From Dimorphilus gyrociliatus (taxonomy: Eukaryota; Animalia; Annelida), in assembly GCA_904063045.1 (NCBI GenBank), contig CAJFCJ010000004.1:2432496-2496495 (forward strand): 64,000 nucleotides of DNA, in the 5' to 3' direction. Shown here one piece after another: positions 49,938 to 62,500 of this stretch (position 1 is its first letter; every line of letters starts with the position of its first letter). The position numbers and the translations under genes were made by a program. The notes under the pieces are model-generated. The model made no database searches, was not told where the DNA came from, and saw nothing but the letters and a program-made list of their open reading frames with translations.

Positions 49938-51585
49938 ATGAAAAAATACAAAGAGAGAAAACTAAGCAAAAAAAAATTCAAAAAAAAAAAAAATAATTGC
50001 AACTTTAATTAGAAAGAAAAACTCGTCGGGAGCCTTTTCACTCGTAAAATCTTTGCTAAAGGAATATAGCATGACATAATGAGAGGTAAGGTAATTGAAG
50101 CAAAACCTAGAAATTAGAATTTCGTTGCCTCTCCATAGTTACTCTAATCCAACACCTTTAGTCACATGACTATATATTATAATCATCAAAAAGAAAAGAT
50201 TTTTTTTTGTTTTTTTTTTTTTTTGTTTCCATTGGTTACACCTTTCGACATCGAGAGAGCATTCTCTTCTTTTTTTACTATTATGATTTCCTTGCTTGAA
50301 AGAGCTAAAAAAGAAAAAATAAACCGAAATTATTGCCATATGCTCGTTAGAGAAGATTCTTATCAAAGAAAAGAAAAGATAAAAAAAACTAGTGTAGAAA
50401 GTGTTCAGAAATGACTACATAAAAATGATATGTTGAGAGGATATTATCCCTCCTTTTTCTTCCTTTATTTTGAAAATAACAACTGGATTAAAAAGAATAT
50501 AATGAAGGGAGAAAGGAAGATAATAATAAGAGAAAACATATAAGAGATTAATGAATTTAAAGTAATCACGACTGTCGTGATTTTCAATTCGAACACGATT
50601 ATATATTCTTCAAAGAATGATATCTCTGATGTAAATTTCTTATTGAAAAAAGAATTCATCTTAAATTCTATGAAAAACATAGAACTATTTCTTATTCTTT
50701 CTTTTATCATTTCAATCAGAATAAAGATTTCCTATTACATATTTAATTATCCGTATCCTTTCAATTTGTTTTACGTACAGCGATGATCTTGAATATTGGG
50801 GCATAGACGAATTATTTTTGGAATCTTGCTGCCAGAATCGTTTTCATCAGCGAAAGGAACATATTTTTGAAGAAATGAGAAAAGAGGCGGAAACTTTAAA
50901 TGCTAGAGAAGAAGAAACTTTTGGAACAGGCATTTGCTCAAAATGGCGCCAAAAAGTCTGGGATCTATTAGAAAAACCTCAGACATCGACAGCAGCTAGG
51001 GTAAGTTTGCGAGAGATGGGTATTGATTATTATCAGGAATCTCGCTTGGTAAATTAATCTTTTTCCCTTTTCAACTCGTAAAACGGTTAATTTACGCATG
51101 AAAAATGTTGATTTACGTTTCGTGCAAAAGAGATTCCCTAGTTATTCAATGGTTATGCTTTTATTTCCATTTTCCCTTCATATATATATAAATATATAAA
51201 GTTTGAAAATGTTGATTTTTAACCAAATTCAATAAAGTTTAAAAAATTCCCATTAATTAATTTTTTTTTTAAAAAAACAAAGAAAGTGAAAAAAGTATCA
51301 GTTAAAAGTCAACTTGACAAACTATACGTTTATATTAAATTATTCTATAAATGTAAATAGGCTAAAACCATTGGTTAATTGATATCTAATCGCATTTTTT
51401 AATTTTATTTCTATTTTCACTTCGTGCACTTGATAGTAATTAGAGGCAAAAAATTTCACTCTTGGTTAGCTTCGCATAGTTCTCTCTCTATACATATATA
51501 TGTATATGTATCATATATATAAAGAAACCCAAGAATTCACACACACATATATATATATGTATATATACATGCACTATATACATAT

Positions 51586-51628
<43 letters not shown>

Positions 51629-52258
51629 CAGCTCTAAATTGAATGCCAGCCTATTACTATTATTATTATTCTTTCATTAATAAATTTTCAGCTGAATGTT
51701 ATTTATTCTTCCTCATAGAAAACAATTAAAACGACCTTAGATATTAATAAAAGAAAAGTTTATAGTCTTGTTATTTAAAACCTATTAGCTTCAGAAATCA
51801 CAACCGCCACTACCGCAAACCACAACCAAAAAAAATAGTCAGATTATAAATGCAGTTTTCTAAAAGTTTATACTCCTATAGATTTTTTTTTAGCCGGGAG
51901 AAGCTTAATCTAACTGAGAGGTATATCCTTTCCCTCTTCCCCAGTCCTACTCCCTTTTAAAAATATACCGTAAATGTTACTAGCATATTTTTCAAATCAG
52001 TATAAATCTCATAAGAGTTCTCTTAAGCTACTTTTAGCAATCTGATCCTAAATCACTATACTAAATCATTTCTTTTTTCAAGATAGGTTTTACCTATATT
52101 TCATATTTTAATATAGTTTCTACAAATTCAATTGATATGAAATTGGAGATAATAAAAAATAGCGCAGTTGAGTAGGTAAGAAAAACAAGCTATCTTAGAG
52201 AAGAGCGAGAAAGGAGGAGAGTTGAGAGAGAGAGAGGGGGGGAGGGGAGAGGCGAATA

Positions 52259-52293
<35 letters not shown>

Positions 52294-55200
52294 TAGATAG
52301 ATAGATAGACTTATAGATAGAAGGGGGAAAAACAGAATAGGATACATAAAGAGGAGTGGGTAAATAAAGAAATAGATAGAAAGAGTAGGAATGGGAAAAA
52401 AGGCCAAAAAAAAGGAAAATCTACTGATTTAATTACGTTCAAATTTATACTTTTTTATTTGTTAGGGAAAATGTCAAATTGGAAAAGATTAGATTTGGTT
52501 TTGATAAGAGGGGGCGGGGAAATAAAAAAAAGGGAATCGTAAGGGTAGAGGGAAAAAATTTACTGATTCGTAAATGGCTTGTAATATACACAGTATATAT
52601 AAGATGTACACGCATTCCTAGCAAAAAATATATAGCTAAGGAAAACACCCAAACTATGCTCCATAATCTAACTACTATGCAAATATACAACTAGCGAGCA
52701 CATAAAAACAGCAACACCCATCCCAGAGCTACAGTAAACAGATAAATTTTTTAGATAAAAATGTGCACGTTTTACTGTGTAGTGTTTAGCCTGCTAAATT
52801 TTAATTCAGGGTAAATGCCCTACACCAGCATGGATTCGTTTAAAGCAGGTATACCCACATTGTAGTCGTTTGTGGCATGAAATAACAAACATCTCCTAAT
52901 AGATTTTATGCTTTAATTTTTTTCTCTCTCTCTGTCAACTTGAACCGACATAAATATATATAAATTATAATTTAACCTTTCCCTAACCATTTAACCACCG
53001 ATTCATTTATTCATTCATTCATTCATTCATTCGTCCATCATCCATCCATCTCTTCTCTGTTCTCTATCCTCTCGTTTAATCTGTCCTTTGTCCTTCGGAA
53101 ACAAACAAAAAGTTTCCAAAGTAACAATAAGAATAACAACAATAATTCTATACAAAAAAGGCATAATAGACGTAAAATATAATATAAATGTATATATATT
53201 TATATAATAGAATAATTAAACGCGATTTAGCATTCGCCATTCAGCTTAGTTCACTCGATAAAAGAGTCAGTGATGACTGAGGTCGGGATAGCAGGAAATA
53301 CTGTAATCCCTGACCTTTTCCTCGTTCCATACATATTGTAGGAACGAAATTCAATTGCCCCTATACCATCTCTGCCGATAAGTCTCTATAATGGCATGCC
53401 TACATACAGTAATAAGAATCTAATCAAGTTGATTTCAGAATGTTACTATTGGCATAAAATCTTGTTGCAATTAAGTGGGAATGGTTAGAGCTGCAACAGT
53501 CACTGATTAAATGTTGTTACACTCCACTCGATTTCTTTTTGCAAACAAAAATTCTGCTGACAAAATAAAAACAAAAACAAAAAAACTAATCTACTGTATT
53601 CAGGTGCTGGCCATCATCTCCGTTTTCTTCATACTCGTCTCTACAGTCGCCTTGACCCTGAACACAATACCGCAATTTCAAGTAAAAGACGAAAGCGCTC
53701 AAACTACATCATCGCCATTTAATGTGACAACGAAACCTGCAAACAACACTTACAAGGAAAAATGTATAGAGCATCCCAGCTTCTTTACGATCGAAGCAAT
53801 TTGCATAGCTTGGTTTACACTTGAATACGTTCTGAGGTTCTGGGCGTCGCCCAACAAGTGGAAATTCTTTAAAGGACCGCTTAACATTATCGATCTACTA
53901 GCAATTTTACCATTTTACATTTCACTCGGACTAGTTGAATCAAACAAGTCGACAGAGCAGTTCCACAACGTCAGACGTGTAGTGCAAATTTTTAGAATTA
54001 TGAGAATATTACGAATATTAAAGCTAGCTAGACACTCAACTGGCCTACAATCGTTAGGATACACATTACAGCGTAGCTATAAAGAGCTAGGTTTATTGAT
54101 GATGTTTCTAGCGATTGGGGTGTTAGTTTTCTCAAGTTTAGCTTACTTTGCTGAGAAGGACGAGGTTGGATCGAAGTTCCGTAGCATACCAGAGACATTT
54201 TGGTGGGCAGCTATTACAATGACAACCGTCGGCTACGGCGATATTTATCCAAAGACATTTTTCGGAAAACTTATAGGGGGTGTGTGCTGCATTTGCGGTG
54301 TATTGGTTATAGCTCTACCCATTCCCATCATTGTCAACAACTTTGCAGAATTTTACAAAGATCAGATGAGACGCGAAAAGGCGTTGAAAAGGCGAGAAGC
54401 GTTGGAAAGAGCTAAGCGTAATGGTTCAATTGTCTCGTTTCATTCAGTAAATTTGAGAGATGCCTTAGCTCGAAGTGCCGAAATGCTGGACGATAGGAAA
54501 CCTTCCAAGCAAAATAGCGTACAATTATCAGTTCCGCTCATGAGACAGGCCAAAGACTGCGTTAGTCTTCCAGGAGAGACGTTCGATCAAAGTCAACACA
54601 ACCTATTGGAAGTAGATCAAGAATCGCTTAGAAGAATGACTTGCTCCCAGCCCATGCTTTCTCAGGTACTTTAGTAATAATAGTTAACTTATTTCTTATG
54701 TTTGCCGCCGTTAATATTTACTAAAAACTTCATATTTACAAGTCAATCTAGAAAAAAATTAGTGTTTAATCTTTCCGTTAACAAAGTACGTTAAAGTGCC
54801 TGATCGATTACAGAGTAATAGCTAAAGATTTAGATAAACTTAACCTTCTTTGAGATCGACTATTCTAAACCGTTTTTTCTAAATGGTTCTAGAGGCTACG
54901 CTAATGGCCGCTTAGGACTATCTCTCTTATCAACACTTCAACAATTTACTAACCGTACAATGTGTATAGTAAATTAGGTCTAATTCAACTGTCCCTTTAT
55001 GTCCATACGCTTCCATGAAAAAAAACAGAATATCGATTCACCCTTCCAAACTACTTCCCTTGACGAAGTGGCTGAACCAAATAGAGAGGCTTTTAGAAGC
55101 ACTTCCGTCGGAAATTTAACTGGCCAGTTAAAATCTGCACTTAAACATCATCATACATCGCCTGTCCCGGTCAAAGGTCGACCCAGATTTGCGGAAAAAG

Positions 55201-58200
55201 TAAGATATATTAGTCAACGGGTTGTCTTTTGTAAGTGAATATTGTGGTAAAATTTTGTAGTGATATTTTTATCAAGTTGAGAATTTGAAGAGAAGAGAAG
55301 AGAAAGGAAGAGAGAGAGAGATGAGATATTTTCAAAAATCTCTCTATGCAATAGCATTTGCTCTTTATTGATATTAACTTCTTTAAGAGTAATAAATATA
55401 GATTGGGTATACCTAATTAAAATATAGACTATTTACAATAATTGAACACTTTATTCAAACAAAACATTGTTATTGAAAGCTTTCAATCAAGAAAAATGAT
55501 GTAAACATATTGTTGATGGCAAACAATAGCAAACTACAAAAGATAATTTAAGCAACGAAAGCTAATATGCAAATGAATCCCTCCTCGATAAACGCCTAAA
55601 AAACAATTCAATATTAAATATTGACTTTATAGGACTACATGTATATATTATTTTATAATATTATATAAATAACATGATTACATCCTTCGTATTAGTTTAC
55701 ATTTAACAATAGACATTTTCCTTACTTATTTTCTTATCGTTAGAAGGGCCATTACTGCAATGTCAGACTTAATTTATCGTCTCTATTATTACAGATTATT
55801 GCAGTAGTACATTTACATTCTATAGTTGAATATAAAGATATTGAAATGAAATTGTTAAAGATATGAAATAATAGACGCATTTTCCTTAAATGAAATTATC
55901 TTGTTGAAAGACCGATTTATACAAAAATCCTTAACAAAAGAATAGAATATATCTGTTTTGTTCTACCTTTTTTTTTTGTTTTAGATGTCGTTATATTTGC
56001 TTTATTGTACAAACGGTGTACATGTTTACTTAAACGAAACGTCTAATTTGCATACGCGTCTTTCTCGTTATCTCTTTAAAAAAATTAATCAGTTAATCCT
56101 AGGATTATTACAAAACTAATCTTTCTATTTTGTTTTGTTTCTCTCTATCGTAACTGCTTTAGTCGAATGAAAATGATGTTTTAATGAAAGTGAAGAATAT
56201 TATTATTATATATCTTAATTTAGAATATGTTAATTAAGCATTTAAATCGAAATATTTAATCGATTTTCTCTTTTTTCTTTTGTGTTTCTATAAAAAAAAA
56301 ACAACAGAAAGCAAAATCGGAAGATGCCAATGACTTTACGGAACAAAAGTTTAAATTTCCACTGAAAAAAACATCCTCAGGAAACTCAAATACAGGGAAA
56401 AAGTTGGCAAATTACAAAAATCTTAACAAGTCCCACAACGGTTTGTAATTATAAAACAATGGAATATTTTTTATATTTTAATTTTTTGGTGGTTTGCAAC
56501 GCCATCTATTCCATATATATTCTATTATCTATCCATCTATATACTGTATAGTTGTATACTTGTATCATAATTCGTCTATGATTCATCGAGAAGTTGATTG
56601 AATTTCTGTCGGGCAACTGTCACATTTATTAAATTACGATCGTAATTATCAAACAGTATTTGTTGATTAATCCACTACATATAGGTGGCGCTTTTAGCGA
56701 ATAATATGAGTTAGATAACAGAGAGAGGGAGAGAAATAAGGAAAGATTAAGTTGAGCAGAAAGGAAAAATAGAAACAAAAGAAAAGGAAAGAAAGAAAGA
56801 AAGAGACTTGCGAGGAAGACTAAACTAAATTAGTAAGGCTGTCAGGGGAAAAAGGGGAAAAGAATTGAGAAAAAAGGAAATGTATCAATAAAAACAATAA
56901 TACGAATATATATGTAAATAATAATTAAAAGGGAAAGAAGATGTATTCCATTAAAATAGATATACATTCAATAAACATTAGTTAAAAGAAATGTATTATT
57001 TTCTTTTTATATTTAGTTCATTATAGCTTTTTTCTTTCATTTGTTAAAGAAAATTAGTATTCGAATAGCGTAATTTATTAATGGCCTAATGCATGGCAAC
57101 TAATTCCCCCTAGATTTTACGGATGCATCTGATTAAAAGATGTATATTCTAGTAAGTTGTTGTATATAGCAGATGCAAACCTGGACGAGAATAATGCATG
57201 AAATGAAGCACCGCACAAAAAATATATTTAAACGTTTCTAAGGTATCTTTATTTATATTTCTCTTTTGTTTGTTTGTTTGTTTGTTTGTTTGTTTGTTTG
57301 TTAATCTCTTCTTTAAGAGTAATCAATTCCTATTCTACAAAACGAGGAGAAAAGAGTAAGAGAGTTTAAAATGTATAAGGAAGAGAAAAGTAAGCATGAT
57401 TATTGTTGTAGCCTGTTTAACAGCATGCATAAGTAAATAAATTATATTAGAACTAATAGAAGAAAATAATTTTAGATATTAATTTTTCATCATTTCCGAT
57501 TTTTGTTATTAGAAAATATAAGATAACTTTATTAAAATACTAATTCTATAAATAGATTAAAAGAAATAATATATATATGTAGTATATTTTTAAAATTATA
57601 CCATTAATTAAAGAGAGAAAGAGAGAATGAGTGAGAGAAGGAGAGAAATTCTAGTCTAGCTCAATGCATAATGACAATAATGAGCTAATTAATTATGTTG
57701 TATTTCTATAAATACAATTATATTTCGTACTTGAAGTTATCTATTTACGTCGATTTGTTTATGTTATGTGGCTTTCTTCAATTTTTCTTCTCCTTCTTCT
57801 TGTTTTATTTCGTTGAAGATTTAAAAGATAAAAAGAAAACAAAATGGAGAATGCAATAAATGTAATAATAACAAGTTTTTTTTTAATAAAGTGTACTTTC
57901 CTTTGAGTTTCTATCCTTAAAAATTAAAAAAAAAAAACCAAATTACTCCTCTTCAACTTTTGTTTCTCTTCTTTTCAGGTAAAAGAAACAAATTTAATTC
58001 AAATATACTGAAAAATGCTGACAATCAACTTCTACCTATTAAGTATAATAGTTCAAAGATGCATCGAAGTAAAAGTGATGTATTAAATAAAGATGAAATG
58101 GAAACATTATTAAAACCACCTGCCGAGTTTTTGCCTCAAAGAAAGAAAGGAATTTTTAGATATTTACCAAAAAGCTTCTCAAAAGTTAGCCGAAATGGAG

Positions 58201-58301
58201 AATCTCTAGAAATGAATATTGTTGAAGATCCCAATATGTCTGCTGATTGTTTTGATCACGATCAAATTGACTATATTGACGATTCTCCAGCCCCAACTTG
58301 A
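48479..58301 (+). CDS. Shab: Voltage-gated potassium channel Kv2 (Shab/KCNB)
   Basis: T1 domain ([28 protein letters not shown]), S4 ([21 protein letters not shown]), pore ([12 protein letters not shown]) and [13 protein letters not shown] are present. Exons: 48479-49065, 50781-51000, 53604-54665, 55029-55199, 56308-56440, 57979-58301. Confidence 0.95.
51588..51626. repeat. (TA)n microsatellite, representative of many in the window
   Basis: Direct sequence. Confidence 0.95.
57265..57302. repeat. (GTTT)n microsatellite in a Kv2 intron
   Basis: Direct sequence. Confidence 0.95.
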
Positions 58302-59065
58302 CATTCCAATGTAGTGGATCCCTCAAAGTGGACACAAATATTTTAGGCAATCTATAGAGACATTACACAAGCAAACAAAACACGTTCAATTTTACTTGCC
58401 TAATATACTTATTGAATTTCAATTTAGTTCATCTAAGAGGACATTATCATACTCTTAACCTTGCCAAATTATGCTCAGTTCGAGACTTGGTTCAGAGTCT
58501 CAATTCGCTTGCTCTCCTCACGTGTCAACGTTTTATTATTATTGACTATAAGAAGCCTCATTTACATAAAGAGAATCTTTTGAAGAATAAAAGTTTATCA
58601 GATAAAACTCGGAAGAAAAATGATAAATTGATTCTGGGATTTTTTCTCAAAAAGTTAACAAGAATAATAATAATTATTAATAGTTAATTATTAATAATTT
58701 TATTGTCTAACAAGACAAACTTTTCTTCACCTTCAAATATTCATATAAGAAAATTATGCTAAATTATACAAACAAAAATGTACAAGAAACTTTCTACGCT
58801 TTTTCTTTTCCATGCATAGCAGAAAAAAGGGAAACTTTTAACATAACTATATAGGCTTATATTTTTTGAAAAACTGATTTTATTTGTGCCAAGACTTGCT
58901 AACGCATGTAAAAAAAACAAAGAAATGAAAAAAAAAAAATAGAGAAGTTAAGATCTATTATTTTAAAAGTAAATAATTAATAATAAACATTAAAGTATTC
59001 AATGTAAATCTTCATGTGCTAGCTGTATAATATAACTATTATGAAATATATTGTTTCTTTATATC

Positions 59066-59098
<33 letters not shown>

Positions 59099-59563
59099 TC
59101 TGTTTTGCTCAAGCTTGTCATTCTGATCATTTTGTGGTAGAAAAAGTGCTCTTACTAATAAAAAGGCTCTTTACCAATCAAAAAAACACAAGAGAAACAA
59201 TTTTTAATAAATTAAACTAATTATTAATGAATACAGAAATTTCAAAAAATATGATATTAGAACAATAAACAAAGCGAAAAAAGAAAAAAAAGAAGATCTG
59301 CTTAAATCACTTCCCAATTTTTTTGTATTCAATAATAAATAAATATTCCTTCTTATTTAATTTTCTAATATTTCATATATGTATTAATTATATAGGACAG
59401 CATTATCATCATTTTTATTTATTCAAAAGTGCATTTACATTCTTTTTATTTAATTTTTTTTTTGAAAGTGTTGAAAATTCAAAAGTTGCATTTACTTTAC
59501 CAAGGTAGTTGGCGGCTAGCCTGTTTAACAAATCATTAATTTTCTAATAGTAAAATATGTTTG

Positions 59564-62500
59564 CTACTTATTACCTGAACAAGATTTACAGTTACACTGT
59601 TCAAATTGAATAATTTGCATCGATTCACTCTTTCCTTCGCAATCAAATTCAATATTAACTAATTTCCCCTTACCACTACAACATTTACAATCTCTTTGAT
59701 GAGCTATTAAAGTGTCCCGATAAAATATTTGAGGTCTATCCATTGAATTACACTGTCCTTCACAATATGACAATCTCTCTTCTTTTACAGAAATACATTT
59801 AGTATTTGGAAAAGTAGGATGATTAATTGTTAGTTTCTCCGTTTTCTCTTTCAACTTACATTCCGTACCATTATCTTTTATAGAAATTACCATTTTTAGG
59901 AAAACATATGTTAATATTATTGGTTATGGAATTTGTAAATCACTTACCAGGTTTCTTTTCGCAAGAGCAGCATTTTTCTTTGTTAATTACCTTTACTTCG
60001 TTCTTTATAAAAAAGAAAAGAAAAAATGTTAAAATTTATTATAAAATATTTCAAATTTATCAACTGACTGTTTGACAAATGCATTCTTCACTTTTGTTAT
60101 AATGTTCCAGTTTGTTATTAATACACTTATAGTAAATACATTTATCCTTTTCATCATCCCATTGCTCCCTTAGCTATAAGAAATTTTTTTATGTTAATTA
60201 TTATTCTATTTCAATATATAAATATTATTAAGAAATTCAATTCGTACTTTTCCATTTTTATAACATTCACTACATTTATCAATTTCTACACAATTGTTCA
60301 AGTGATCTCTATAATATCCTTTTTTACATATGCAACTATCAGGTTTTGTTGGATTAAGGCAGGATCCGTTCAACCTTGATGTATTATTGCATGAAAATTC
60401 ACAACTTTCTTCTGGATTTAGATGCTCATTCTCTGAACAAGGAACAGTTGTTGTTGATGGGATAGTTGGTGTTGTGGTACAAAGTACATCTTCATTACAT
60501 TTCCTCTGCTCAGCTTGTTTACCTGGACACTCTTTACCATTACATTGAGGTTTTGGCTTATTACAATTTCTAGTCCTTGTTTGAAATCCTCCACCACAAG
60601 ATAAAGAACACTCAGACCAACTAGACCAAACAGACCATTGACCATTTACTAATCAGGTTTAAAAAGAACAATAACTTAATAAAATCTGATCATTTACAAA
60701 AGTAATGCTGACAACAGTGCTGACAGCCTTATTTACAATGCCAACTTAATCATACTCACTATTTCTATTGTCCTTCTCAATGCATATTACAGTATCTATA
60801 TTGCAGTAGCAATTTTCACACATTGTATCATTTACAGATTCCTTATCATTATAAATATTTCCCATGTAGTCATGGCAAACTGGACATTCCTTATTTTTAC
60901 AGGAATCTTTCTCTTCTCTATCACCAATACATTTCTGTCCATTTCCATACTTTTGTGGGTTGTTAGGCTCTCTAGTTCTTATTTTTGTACCTTCTCCACA
61001 TTCTGAACTGCAATTTGACCATTCAGACCAATTGGACCATTTGCAATTGCAATCTTTTTCGACACAGTCTTTCTTTCCTTCCTTGCATATACTGGAGAAA
61101 AATAAGAAAGAATGCAATAAATATAGACACAGTAAAAGGTGTGACAAAAGGAAAATTAATCTTGATTTATGAAAAACGGATACGACAGAAAACGTCCCCA
61201 AATTCATGATTTAATCCTAACCCTAACCTAGCCCTTGTCTCTCCTTAACCTTTTTGATTGCTCCTAACCCTTAGATGGAACCCCCCCTAACTATAAATCA
61301 AAAGCTACTTTACCCCTCCTAACCATTTTTCAATCCGAAATGTTGCTTTCAAAAATCTCATTTGGGGACGTTTTCTGTCGGCCCCATGAAAAACAATAGG
61401 ATACTCATTTTCTTTGTTACTTTTCGCTACTTTTTGGATTAATAACAAATAAATCCATCAATTTTCACCTACCATTCAAGACAAGGGTTTCCTGTTGGAA
61501 TAACAGATCCAGTACTATATCTTTTCCCATCAATATTACACTGGCATAAATTTGGTTCAACACATTCATTCCTGTCATTTAAGACTGTACCATTTCTACA
61601 TTTACACCCTGGTTCACATACTTCTGGTTCAACACAACTATCGACACTTTTCAAACTGGCACATGAGCTGGGACAGTGCAAATATTTTTGGCAGTCTGAG
61701 ATCCAAATTTTGTTATGTGAACAGTTTTCATGACAAGGTTTGTCATTACAAGACTCCATCTGAATGTCTGTACCATTACATTCCTTACCTATTATTAAAA
61801 TAAATAAAAAGAAATAACCAAATGAAATATTTGTTTGGTAAACAAAAAAACCTCCATGGGTAGCAGGTGGATTGTTTGCATTTCTTGTTCGGTTTCTAGT
61901 CCCTCCATCACATTCAGCACTACACTTACTCCATTCCATCCAATTTGACCACTGACAATCCACAGGACAATCAAATGTATTACACCAGTCTACTTCAAAA
62001 CTCTTCCCACTACACTTTTTGCCCAATCCTACTGAAGGTATCATAATTCTTGTTCGATTTCTTTTACCCTTCCCACATGTTTCTGAGCATTCAGTCCAAT
62101 CTGACCAATCTTTCCACGTACAATCTTTATCACAATCCTTTAAGTTACATTTTAACTCAAACTTTGAGTTGCAGGAGCTAAAAACAAATATTATACTAAA
62201 TAAAAAAAAAAAGCTAACATTTACCAAGTGCTACAATTTACATGTAACAAAACACCTGCTTCAATTTTGTCATTTAAAAATACTAATTCGTCAAATCTCG
62301 AAACTCCTGTTCAAAATCAAAAGCAGATAAACTCAGCATATATTATCAAAACAACACATCATACCTTTTTGTTCATCCTTTTCAATCCAACCAACTGCTA
62401 CATTTTCTACTGGCTCGAATTTCAACTCTTCCCTAATTGTCACTCCATCAATATTACATTTATTAAAATCAGGCACAGTAGAACTCAGGGAAGACTCTAA

